Shown: positions 52,201-64,000 of the stretch, one piece after another
How positions within the stretch are numbered: position 1 is the first letter of the stretch
Layout of the letters: every line of letters starts with the position of its first letter
Origin: Eledone cirrhosa
Lineage: Eukaryota
Length of the DNA stretch: 64,000 nucleotides
Assembly: GCA_964016885.1 (NCBI GenBank)
Contig: OZ024740.1
Coordinates: 421,910,001 to 421,974,000 of the forward strand
Direction: 5' to 3'
Position numbers and translations under genes: made by a program
Notes under the pieces: generated by a model
Database searches by the model: none
Told to the model about the DNA's origin: nothing
Seen by the model: only the letters and a program-made list of their open reading frames with translations

Positions 52201-55200
52201 AGTTAATGACAACTGTCAATGTCATAGGTAGGTTAATGGCATGTCAGTGTCATAGGTAAGTTAATGACAACTGTCAATGTCATAGGTAAGTTAATGACAA
52301 CTGTCAATGTCATAGGTACGTTAATGACATTTGTCAGTGCCATAGGTAAGTTAATGACAACTGTCAGTGTCATAGGTAAGTTAATGACAACTGTCAATGT
52401 CATAGGTAAGTTAATGACAACTGTCAATATCATAGGTACGTTAATGACAACTGTCAGTGTCATAGGTAAGTTAATGACAACTGTCAATATCATAGGTAAG
52501 TTAATGACAACTGTCAATGTCATAGGTAAGTTAATGACAACTGTCAATGTCATAGGTACGTTAATAACAACTGTCCGTCATAGGTAAGTTAATGACATGT
52601 CAGGGTCAAAGGTAAGTTAATGACAACTGTCAATGTCATAGGTAAGTTAATGACATCTGTCAGTGTCATAGGTACGTTAATGACAACTGTCAATGTCATA
52701 GGTAAGTTAATGACAACTGTCAATGTCATAGGTAAGTTAATGACAACTGTCAATGTCATAGGTAGGTTAATGACATGTCAGTGTCATAGGTAAGTTAATG
52801 ACAACTGTCAATGTCATAGGTAAGTTAATGACAACTGTCAATGTCATAGGTAGGTTAATGACATGTCAGTGTCATAGGTAAGTTAATGAAAACTGTCAAT
52901 GTCATAGGTAAGTTAATGACAACTGTCAATGTCATAGGTACGTTAATGACATCTGTCAGTGCCATAGGTAAGTTAATGACAACTGTCAATGTCATAGGTA
53001 AGTTAATGACAACTGTCAATGTCATAGGTACGTTAATGACAACTGTCAGTGCCATAGGTAAGTTAATGACAACTGTCAGTGTCATAGGTAAGTTAATGAC
53101 ATGTCAGTGCCATAGGTAAGTTAATGACAACTGTCTATGTCATAGGTAAGTTAATGACAACTGTCAATGTCATTGGTAAGTTAATGACAACTGTCAGTGC
53201 CATAGGTAGGTTAATGACAACTGTCTATGTCATAGGTAAGTTAATGACAACTGTCAATGTCATAGGTACGTTAATGACAACTGTTAGTGTCATAGGTAAG
53301 TTAATGACAACTGTCAATGTCATAGGTAAGTTAATGACAACTGTCAATGTCATAGGTAAGTTAATGACAACTGTCAATGTCATAGGTACGTTTATGACAA
53401 CTGTCAGTGCCATAGGTAAGTTAATGACAACTGTCAATGTCATAGGCAAGTTAATGACAACTGTCAATGTCATAGGTAAGTTAATGACAACTGTCAATGT
53501 CATAGGTACGTTAATGACAACTGTCTGTCATAGGTAAGTTAATGACATGTCTGTGTCAAAGCTAAGTTAATGACAACTGTCAATGTCATAGGTAAGTTAA
53601 TGACATCTGTCAGTGTCATAGGTACGTTAATGACAACTGTCAATGTCATAGGTAAGTTAATGACAACTGTCAATGTCATAGGTAAGTTAATGACAACTGT
53701 CAATGTCATAGGTACGTTAATGACAACTGTCTGTCATAGGTAAGTTAATGACATGTCAGTGTCAAAGGTAAGTTAATGACAACTGTCAATGTCATAGATA
53801 AGTTAATGACATCTGTCAGTGTCATAGGTACGTTAATGACAACTGTCAATGTCATAGGTAAGTTAATGACAACTGTCAATGTCATAGGTAAGTTAATGAC
53901 AACTGTCAATGTCATAGGTAGGTTAATGACATGTCAGTGTCATAGGTAAGTTAATGACAACTGTCAATGTCATAGGTAAGTTAATGACAACTGTCAATGT
54001 CATAGGTACGTTAATGACATCTGTCAGTGCCATAGGTAAGTTAATGACAACTGTCAGTGTCATAGGTAAGTTAATGACAACTGTCAATGTCATAGGTAAG
54101 TTAATGACAACTGTCAATGTCATAGGTAAGTTAATGACATGTCAGTGTCATAGGTAAGTTAATGACAACTGTCAGTGCCATAAGTTAATAACATGTCAGT
54201 GTCATAGGTACGTTAATGACAACTGTCAGTGTCATAGGTAAGTTAATGACAACTGTCAGTGCCATAGGTAAGTTAATGACATGTCAGTGTCATAGGTAAG
54301 TTAATGGCATGTCAATGTCATAAGTTAATGACAACTGTCAATGTCATGGGTACGTTAATGACAACTGTCAATGTCATAGGTAAGTTAATGACATCTGTCT
54401 ATGTCATAGGTAAGTTAATGACATGCCAGTGTCATAGGTAAGTTAATGACATGTCAGTGCCATAGGTACGTTAATGACAACTGTCAGTGCCATAGGTAAG
54501 TTAATGACATGCCAGTGTCATAGGAAAGTTATTGACAACTGTCAATGTCATTGGTAAGTTAATGACATGTCAGTGTCATAGGTAAGTTAATGACAACTGT
54601 CAATGTCATAGGTACGTTAATGACATGTCAGTGTCATAGGTAAGTTAATGACAACTGTCAATGTCATAGGTAAGTTAATGACAACTGTCAATGTCATAGG
54701 TACGTTAATGACAACTGTCAGTGTCATAGGTAAGTTAATGACAACTGTCAATGTCATAGGTAAGTTAATGACAACTGTCAATGTCATAGGTAATTTAATG
54801 ACAACTGTCAATGTCATAGGTAAGTTAATGACAACTGTCAATGTCGTAGGTACGTTAATGACAACTGTCAATGTCATAGGTACGTTAAAGACAACTGTCA
54901 GTGCCATAGGTAAGTTAATGACAACTGTCAGTGTCATAGGTAAGTTAATGACAACTGTCAATGCCATAGGTAAGTTAATGACAACTGTCAGTGTCATAGG
55001 TAAGTTAATGACAACTGTCAATGCCATAGGTAAGTTAATGACAACTGTCAATGCCATAGGTAAGTTAATGACAACTGTCAATGTTATAGGTAAGTTAATG
55101 ACAACTGTCAGTGTCATAGGTAAGTTAATGACAACTGTCAATGTCATAGGTAAGTTAATGACAACTGTCAATGCCATAGTTAAGTTAATGACATGTCAGT

Positions 55201-58200
55201 GTCATAGGTAAGTTAATGACAACTGTCAATGTCATAGGTAAGTTAATGACAACTGTCAGTGCCATAGGTAAGTTAATGACAACTGTCAGTGTCATAGGTA
55301 AGTTAATGACATGTCAGTGCCATAGGTAAGTTAATGACAACTGTCTATGTCATAGGTAAGTTAATGACAACTGTCAGTGTCATAGGTAAGTTAATGACAA
55401 CTGTCAATGTCATAGGTAAGTTAATGACAACTGTCAATGCCATAGGTAAGTTAATGACATGTCAGTGTCATAGGTAAGTTAATGACAACTGTCAATGTCA
55501 TAGGTAAGTTAATGACAACTGTCAGTGTCATAGGTACGTTAATGACAACTGTCAACGTCATAGGTAAGTTAATGACAACTGTCAATGTCATAGGTAAGTT
55601 AATGACAACTGTCAATGTCATAGGTAGGTTAATGACATGTCAGTGTCATAGGTAAGTTAATGACAACTGTCAATGTCATAGGTAAGTTAATGACAACTGT
55701 CAATGTCATAGGTACGTTAATGACATGTCAGTGCCATAGGTAAGTTAATGACAACTGTCAATGTCATAGGTACGTTAATGACATGTCAGTGCCATAGGTA
55801 AGTTAATGACAACTGTCAGTGTCATAGGTAAGTTAATGACAACTGTGAATGTCATAGGTAAGTTAATGACAACTGTCAGTGCCATAGGTAAGTTAATGAC
55901 ATGTCAGTGTCATAGGTACGTTAATGACAACTGTCAGTGTCATAGGTAAGTTAATGACAACTGTCAGTGCCATAGGTAAGTTAATGACATGTCAGTGTCA
56001 TAGGTAAGTTAATGGCATGTCAATGTCATAAGTAAGTTAATGACAACTGTCAATGTCATAGGTACGTTAATGACAACTGTCAATGTCATAGGTAAGTTAA
56101 TGACAACTGTCAATGTCATAGGTAAGTTAATGACATCTGTCTATGTCATAGGTAAGTTAATGACATGCCAGTGTCATAGGTAAGTTAATGACATGTCAGT
56201 GCCATAGGTAAGTTAATGACAACTGTCAGTGTCATAGGTAAGTTAATGACATGTCAGTGCCATAGGTACGTTAATGACAACTGTCAGTGCCATAGGTAAG
56301 TTAATGACATGCCAGTGTCATAGGAAAGTTATTGACAACTGTCAATGTCATAGGTAAGTTAATGACATGTCAGTGTCATAGGTAAGTTAATGACATGTCA
56401 GTGCCATAGGTAAGTTAATGACAACTGTCAATGTCATAGGTAAGTTAATGACAACTGTCAATGTCATAGGTAAGTTAATGACAACTGTCAATGTCATAGG
56501 TAAGTTAATGACATGTTAGTGTCATAGGTAAGTTAATGACATGTTAGTGTCATAGGTAAGTTAATGACATGTTAGTGTCATAGGTAAGTTAATGACAACT
56601 GTCAATGTCATAGGTAAGTTAATGACAACTGTCAATGTCATAGGTAAGTTAATGACAACTGTCAATGTCATAGGTAAGTTAATGACATGTCAGTGTCATA
56701 GGTAAGTTAATGACAACTGTCTATGTCATAGGTAAGTTAATGACATGTCAGTGTCATAGGTAAGTTAATGACAACTGTCAATGTCATAGGTAAGTTAATG
56801 ACATGTCAGTGTCATAGGTAAGTTAATGACAACTGTCAATGTCATAGGTAAGTTAATGACAACTGTCAATGTCAAAGGTAAGTTAATGACATGTCAGTGT
56901 CATAGGTTAGTTAATGACAACTGTCAATGTCATAGGTAAGTTAATGACATGTCAGTGTCATAGGTAAGTTAATGACAACTGTCAATGTCATAGGTAAGTT
57001 AATGACATGTCAGTGTCATAGGTAAGTTAATGACAACTGTCAATGCCATAGGTAAGTTAATGACATGTCAGTGTCATAGGTAAGTTAATGACAACTGTCA
57101 ATGTCATAGGTAAGTTAATGACAACTGTCTGTCATAGGTAAGTTAATGACATGTCAGTGTCATAGGTAAGTTAATGACAACTGTCAATGCCATAGGTAAG
57201 TTAATGACATGTCAGTGTCATAGGTAAGTTAATGACAACTGTCAATGCCATAGGTAAGTTAATGACATGTCAATGTCATAGGTAAGTTAATGACAACTGT
57301 CAATGTCATAGGTAAGTTAATGACAACTGTCAGTGTCATAGGTAAGTTAATGACAACTGTCAATGTCATAGGTAAGTTAATGACATGTCAGTGTCATAGG
57401 TAAGTTAATGACAACTGTCAATGTCATAGGTACGTTAATGACAACTGTCAGTGTCATAGGTAAGTTAATGACAACTGTCAATGTCATAGGTAAGTTAATG
57501 ACAACTGTTAGTGTCATAAGTAAGTTAATGACAACTGTCAATGTCATAGGTACGTTAATGACAACTGTCAGTGTCATAGGTAAGTTAATGACAACTGTCA
57601 ATGTCATAGGTAAGTTAATGACAACTGTCAATGTCATAGGTAAGTTAATGACAACTGTCAATGTCATAGGTACGTTAATGACAACTGTCAGTGTCATAGG
57701 TAAGTTAATGACAACTGTCAATGTCATAGGTAAGTTAATGACAACTGTCAATGTCATAGGTAAGTTAATGACAACTGTCAATGTCGTAGGTACGTTAATG
57801 ACAACTGTCAATGTCATAGGTACGTTAATGACAACTGTCAGTGTCATAGGTACGTTAATGACAATTGTCAGTGTCATAGGTAAGTTAATGACAACTGTCA
57901 ATGTCATAGGTACGTTAATGACAACTGTCTATGTCATAGGTAAGTTAATGACATGTCAGTGTCATAGGTAAGTTAATGACATGTCAGTGCCATAGGTAAG
58001 TTAATGACAACTGTCAATGTCATAGGTAAGTTAATGACATGTCAGTGTCATAGGTAAGTTAATGACAACTGTCAATGTCATAGGTAAGTTAATGACATGT
58101 CAGTGTCATAGGTAAGTTAATGACAACTGTCAATGTCATAGGTAAGTTAATGACAACTGTCAATGTCATAGGTAAGTTAATGACATGTCAGTGTCATAGG

Positions 58201-59170
58201 TAAGTTAATGACAACTGTCAATGTCATAGGTAAGTTAATGACATGTCAGTGTCATAGGTAAGTTAATGACAACTGTCAATGTCATAGGTAAGTTAATGAC
58301 AACTGTCAATGTCATAGGTAAGTTAATGACATGTCAGTGTCATAGGTAAGTTAATGACAACTGTCAATGTCATAGGTAAGTTAATGACATGTCAGTGTCA
58401 TAGGTAAGTTAATGACAACTGTCAATGTCATAGGTAAGTTAATGACAACTGTCAATGTCATAGGTAAGTTAATGACAACTGTCAATGTCATAGGTACGTT
58501 AATGACAACTGTCAGTGTCATAGGTAAGTTAATGACATGTCAGTGTCATAGGTAAGTTAATGACAACTGTCTATGTCATAGGTAAGTTAATGACATGTCA
58601 GTGTCATAGGTAAGTTAATGACATGTCAGTGTCATAGGAAAGTTGATGACATGTCAGTGCCATAGGTAAGTTAATGACAACTGTCAATGTCATAGGAAAG
58701 TTAATGACATGTCAGTGCCATAGGTAAGTTAATGACAACTGTCAATGTCATAGGTAAGTTAATGACAACTGTCTATGTCATAGGTAAGTTAATGACAACT
58801 GTCAATGTCATAGGTAAGTTAATGACAACTGTCTATGTCATAGGTAAGTTAATGACATGTCAGTGCCATAGGTAAGTTAATGACAACTGTCAATGTCATA
58901 GGTAAGTTAATGACATGTCAGTGTCATAGTTAAGTTAATGACAACTGTCAATGTCATAGGTAAGTTAATGACATGTCAGTGTCATAGGCAAGTTAATGAC
59001 ATGTCAGTGCCATAGGTAAGTTAATGACAACTGTCTATGTCATAGGTAAGTTAATGACATGTCAGTGTCATAGGAAAGTTAATGACAACTGTCTATGTCA
59101 TAGGTAAGTTAATGACATGTCAGTGTCATAGGAAAGTTAATGACGTATTTCAATGTCATATGTGAGTTAA
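46298..59170. repeat. Satellite array 3, 30-bp unit GTCATAGGTAAGTTAATGACAACTGTCAAT with 28-bp variant (..TGACATGTCAGT), over 400 copies
   Basis: Direct periodicity; rare variants recur at 2652/2682-bp offsets (47451 vs 50103; 48531 vs 51213). Confidence 0.98.
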
Positions 59171-59364
59171 CCCTTTAGCATTTAAACCGGCCCGATTCTC
59201 TCACCTCTTTCTGTTCAAACTGGCCATAACCGGCTGCTCATAGTTATATTAAGGTATTGTTCTCAAAATATATAATATCACAATATCATAGATTCAATAT
59301 TATGTGAGGTAAAGCCTTTACCATGAAAATACAATAGTAAATATAGAGTAATGTAAAGGGTTAG
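59167..59364. mobile_element. piggyBac-type MITE inserted in the TTAA of the last array-3 unit
   Basis: GAG-TTAA-CCCTTTAGC..TAAAGGG-TTAG-TGACAT; the satellite unit resumes after the MITE. Confidence 0.85.
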
Positions 59365-59371
59365 TGACATT

Positions 59372-59732
59372 GGGGAGAAATGAAGCAACGATGCTTCATT
59401 GGATGTACAACGTAAATTTGAGAGAAAGGCAGAGCTTGGAAGAACTGAGGGAAAAGCTGGGTTTAAGAGGAATCCGAGGTGGTGTCCAGGAGAGAAAACT
59501 GTGATGTGCATGGACACTGTCCGATGGATGAAGAAGTGCCAGGAAATGCCAGTGGAAGGAAGCCGCAATAGAGATAGACTGAAAGACCTGGGCAGAGGTG
59601 GTGAGAGCTGACCTCAAATCACTGAGACTCACAGAGGAGATGAAGGAACACAACGAATGGAGAGATGGTGTACTGAAAAAGACCTGTCCACCCCATGCAA
59701 GCATGGAAAAACAGACAAAAACGATGATGATG
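59372..59732 (+). mobile_element. Older RTE family 3' fragment
   Basis: Decayed RNEAxMLxWM..GLRGIR..KTW coding remnant and CCATGCAAGCATGG..GATGATG tail. Confidence 0.8.
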
Positions 59733-59820
59733 ATAGCTAAGTTAAAGACATTTGTCACTGTTACAGGTAAATTAAGGATAAAGTTTAAACAATTCACTTC
59801 TCTAAAACTATACACCTTAC

Positions 59821-60205
59821 CAAACTTAATTTGTATATACAGTGTAAAAATTGTCTGATTTCCTCCAGTTTCAGTGATTTTGTCCTGTAGAGACTATGGT
59901 GATTCATGGATCTCATTCACTGTAGCATCATTTTCATTGCAAAGTACTTTCAGGTGATATGAAAGAGCCAGGCTCAGTTAAAATTTGAGGGGTTTGTGAT
60001 ATCTTAATTATCATTATCAACAAAACTGTTCTTGGTGATAGTTTGGAAAGTCGTATGGTTACCATTGTCACTCTCTTCTTTATCTGAAAGATTTGGTGCT
60101 GAATGTCTTTTTCCTGAGACATTCTAACCACATGATCATAGTATCGGAGCTGTGATCTCTCAATTCAGAGAAGTAGCAGCTCTACCTGGTGTGACTCTCT
60201 GATCT
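59821..60205 (-). pseudogene. Possible decayed coding exon or non-coding exon
   Basis: TTTAG acceptor and GTAAGG donor; one frame reads NVSGKRHSAPNLSDKEESDNGNHTTFQTITKNSFVDNDN but has several stops; no recognisable homology. Confidence 0.2.
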
Positions 60206-60469
60206 CTAAATTACACACTTTATCGAGTAACGTTACTCCAAAGACCCTTCAAAGGAATCCCATTTCCACCGCTTGTATTTGTAATCATATTCTTTCAGTC
60301 ATTACTTAAGATTCATAGCCATAGGTAAGGGTTGGCACAAATACCGAATTGAAGACAGCAAGTTTGGCTTTTACACCTACCTCCCTTCTCATTACTGAAT
60401 GATTATGCATTACTGCACCAACTCCTGTAATTCTTGCACTTAATTCAGCCTCCTGCCTTCCATCGCTTA

Positions 60470-60812
60470 TGAACACCATTCAATGTGGAAGTGTGATTCC
60501 GTCAAGAGTGCGTACTATTACTTCTCCTGTTCGTTATTTTCATGAACAGAATTGACATGCGCAACCAGGTTCGAAGTGGTATCATAACTAGCAGATCTAG
60601 GATCAGTCGGCTGGAATTTGCAGATGACATGGTGTTACTTAACTCATCAGAGGATAATCTCTGATATGCACTTGATAGGTTTGCTGCCATGTGCTACACA
60701 GCTGGAATGATAATCAGTGCTGCAGAAACTGGGACACTAGTCCTCTCAAGAAAGCCCCTGCAGTACACTCTACATGTGGAATTCCAGTGAAGCAGGTGGA
60801 GAAGTTCAAGAA
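60470..60812 (+). mobile_element. Decayed RT fragment of a different non-LTR (RTE-like) family lacking the PHD insert
   Basis: Translates as RQECVL..LFVIFMNRI..ISRLEFADDMVLL..ALDRFAAMCYTAGMIIS..VKQVEKFK with stops. Confidence 0.75.
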
Positions 60813-60843
60813 ACTCATTTGATAATATTCCTCATGGATCAGA

Positions 60844-61069
60844 TTAACCCTTTAGCATTTCCATTACTCTATATACATTATTGGATTTTTGCGGTAAACA
60901 CTTTATGTTACATATTTATCTCATAATATTGAATCTACAAGATTTTGATGTTATTTTGGGGGGAGCAATACCTTAACATCATTATAAGTGGCCAGTTACA
61001 GCTGGTTTGAACAGAAAGAGGTGAGAAAATTCTGGCCGGATATGGACGGTTTAAATGCTAAAGGGTTAA
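60844..61069. mobile_element. piggyBac-type MITE
   Basis: TTAA-CCCTTTAGCATTT..AAATGCTAAAGGG-TTAA, perfect 13-bp TIR plus TTAA. Confidence 0.9.
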
Positions 61070-61304
61070 ATGTGGTCAAATCCCATTTTAGTGATTACAT
61101 ATCAATGTGATGAACATCTCAAAGAAGAAAACATAAATAGAAATAAGAAAACATGAATGATGAAGCTGTTTCCTAAAATAACACAATTGTTGGGAGAGTG
61201 ACGGCTGGCAAAATATATACTGATATACTGACATTAAACTGTAGCTGTATGAAATGAAATGACTTTGGGGATGGATATATATAAACATATACATATGTGT
61301 ATAT

Positions 61305-64000
61305 ATCATCATCATCATCATCAACGTTTAACGTCCGTGTTCCACGCTTGCATGGGTTTGGACGGGGGTAGTCCCACTTGAGGCAAGAGTGATTGTCTTG
61401 CTCGCATAGGACTGTCTGGCAGGTTTTCTACAGTTGGATGCCCTTCCTAACACCAACCACATTTACAGTGTGGGTCTGGGAGGTTTTTACCGTGTTGCCT
61501 ACACGGCCACATTACAGCGTGGACTGTGTGTTTTTTTGTCGTGACACCTACACGATCTCATTTGTTTCGGCCTCGATGGCGCGGCACCAACATAACTTTA
61601 CATAGAACGGGGTGGTGTGGATGGGGTGGGGGTGGTGGTGGTGGGACGGAGTGTATTTTCTTGCCTACTGGCAAGGCGGGTCTTCTCTGTTACTGAGTAC
61701 CGCCAAAGGTCTCGGTCCAGTGACATTGTCTTGGAGAGGTGTAAGTGTGTGAGGTCGGAGTTTATCAGCTCGTCCCAGGTTTTTCTAGGTCTGCCTATTC
61801 CGTGGCTACCGTCTATCTTTATTGCCCTGCACTTTGTTATACAGCTATCGACTTTCATGCGCATCACGTGTCCATACCAACGTAGCCTTCTCTCGAGTAA
61901 ACAACATCTGATCCCCCTTATTTCTAATTTTTTCCTTAGTTCGTTTATGCTTTGCCGTTCACGTATATTACTGTTACACATCCAGCGGAGCATGCAAGCT
62001 TCGTTCCTCTCTAGTCTGCGTATATCCTCTGCACACAATGCCCAGGTCTCACTGCCATGCAACATTGCTGTTCGTATGCAGGCATCGTACAACCTGCCTT
62101 TCATTTTTAGGGAGAACCCTTTAGCAGCTAATAGTGGTATAAGCTCTCTGAACTTTTTCCAACCAGTTCTGACTCTAGCTACTGTACTTTCAGAGCAGCC
62201 TCCCCCACTGCTGATTTTATCGCCCAGGTAACGGAAGCTGTCCACTATTTCTATAGAACCCTCTGCGCAATTGAAAGAGCTAGTATTTTGTGGGCACTTG
62301 CTGCTACTTATTGCACCAGAACACCGGCCACATGTAAAATCTATGTTCTTAGTTAGCTTACCTGTGATCCCACTACATCTTTTATGCACTCATACTTTGC
62401 ATTTAGGACATAAAATGGAGTTTATACCTACGCCTTTCCTACACACCGAGCACGACCATTTCCCAGAAGGGACCGCCGCCTTGTTTTCTTTCCTACAAAC
62501 TAGAACTTTAGTCTTAGCCAGGTTAATTTTAAGTCCTTTTGACTCTAGGCCGTGCTTCCATGTTTTGAATTTCTTCTCTAGTTCAGCCATTGATTCCGCT
62601 ATGAGTGTCAGGTCGTCTGCGTATAGGAGTTCCCATGGGCAGCCTGTCTTGAACTCCTCTGTTATAGCCTGAAGGGCAATAATAAATAGTAGGGGGCTGA
62701 GAACAGAGCCCTGATGGACGCCAACTTTTACGCTAAACTCTTCACTATATTCGTTGTTAATTCTAACCTTGCTGACTGTTTCTTTATACATGGCTTGTAT
62801 AGCCCTCACAAGCCATTCGTCAACGCCTAGTTTTCTAAGAGCCCACCAGATAATGGAGCGGGGGACTCTGTCGAAGGCTTTCTCCAAGTCGACAAAAGCT
62901 AAGTAGAGGGGTTTACCTTTAGCTAGGTACTTCTCCTGTAGTTGTCGTACTATGAAAAGAGCGTCTGTGGTACTTTTGCCTGACACAAACCCGAACTGCA
63001 TTTCATCTAGGTCAATTCTCTCTCTGATTAGTTGCGCTATTACTTTTTCCGTGACCTTCATGACCTGGTCGATTAATTTAATGCCTCTATAGTTACTCCT
63101 ATCTAGGGCGTCTCCTTTACCCTTATAACAGTTAACGATGATGCTGCTATGCCAGTCCTTCGGAACAACCCCATTCTGTACGACTTGGTTAACTATGCGG
63201 GTGACCATGGTGTGTCCCACCGTGCCAGATGCCTTCAGCATCTCAGCAACTATTTCCGAAGGCCCAGCCGCCTTACCCGTCTTCATATCCTTGATTGCCT
63301 TACTTATTATACTCCCCTCGACTAACACTGCTGGTCCCTCTATTGGGTCGATATGGGGGAGACTGTCTTTCTCCCATTTATTCTCCTCATTTAGTAGCCT
63401 TTCATAGTGACACTTCCAAGCTACCTTCTTATCAGCGTCGGTGATGGCAAGTGTGCCATCGTCGTTTAGTACACACTTATCCCCGACAATATCACGATTT
63501 TCCTTGACGCATTGCCTAGCAATCCTGAACACCTCACGTTTTTGGTCCTCGCGTTGTAGAACATGCTTGAACTTTCTTTCCTCTGCTTCCCTTCTTGCTA
63601 AGTACACTTGTCTCCTAGCTTCCCTCCTGGCCACTTGATAGTCTTCTCTACTTCCCCCATCCCGCCATACTTTCCAAGCCTGCTTTTTGGCCTTAATTGA
63701 CCCCTCCACTTTACTGTTCCACCACCGTGTTACTCTCCTCCTGCCTACAGGCCTGCTCCAGCCACAGACTTCGTCTGTCGCCATCAGCAGGTTTGCTTTC
63801 AGAAATTCCCACTGTCCCTCTATATTGCCCGACTGTAAATGTTCTTCCTTACTGTCGAAAGCATCAAGTAATATGCTTTGAAATTTATTTCTGGCTGTGG
63901 GGTCCTTTAGCTTCCATATTTTTCTCCTGAGGATAGTCCTCTTCTGCTGTCGAGTACGTCTCGTCCTGACTATGAGGTTGCTAATTATCAGTCTATGTTG
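61305..64000 (-). mobile_element. RTE-clade LINE copy D, best preserved, runs off the window end
   Basis: Very similar to copy B, including a near-identical 3'UTR; complete RT motifs. Confidence 0.97.
61598..64000 (-). pseudogene. RTE ORF (linker + reverse transcriptase with internal PHD finger)
   Basis: One continuous frame from 64000 with a single in-frame TGA at 62390-62392 (TGG in other copies); a 3' deletion removes the normal stop. Confidence 0.9.

Noticed and set aside
46373-57971. MTTVNVIGKL / MTLTVVINLP repeat ORFs
   Set aside because: Products of the 30-bp unit, constantly frameshifted by 28-bp variants.
28615-59170. CRISPR-like array (palindromic 30-bp repeats)
   Set aside because: Units are head-to-tail with no unique spacers, there are no cas genes, and the context is eukaryotic.
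61617-63930. Plus-strand ORFs overlapping RTE copies (also at 19602, 21632, 36413, 41266)
   Set aside because: Antisense shadows of the LINE ORF with no independent motifs.

Overview
Eukaryotic, repeat-saturated animal DNA. The SINE/RTE repertoire suggests an octopus or other coleoid cephalopod, but that is inference. No intact host gene is recognisable. About half the window is three satellite arrays: a 39-bp unit at 1-13.6 kb, a 52-bp unit at 28.6-34.3 kb and a 30/28-bp unit at 46.3-59.2 kb. Each array holds a 2.3-2.7 kb near-exact internal duplication. Between them lie four long, defective minus-strand RTE-clade LINE copies (APE endonuclease + RT) and many 3' fragments, three SINE families, five piggyBac-type (TTAA) MITEs, one mariner-type MITE and microsatellites. 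The most notable unannotated signals are: (1) six complete minimal type-I hammerhead ribozyme motifs, plus one split and one half motif, of the Penelope-like-element kind, all different in sequence; (2) a C4HC3 PHD finger inserted inside the RTE reverse transcriptase domain; (3) a 30-bp satellite whose unit combines a consensus AG|GTAAGT splice donor with a TGACA/TGTCA palindrome; (4) a possible Helitron-like shell around the 52-bp array; (5) a few candidate minus-strand exons, one of which may read into the 39-bp array. Most ORFs in the supplied track are artefacts of repeats or antisense LINE frames.
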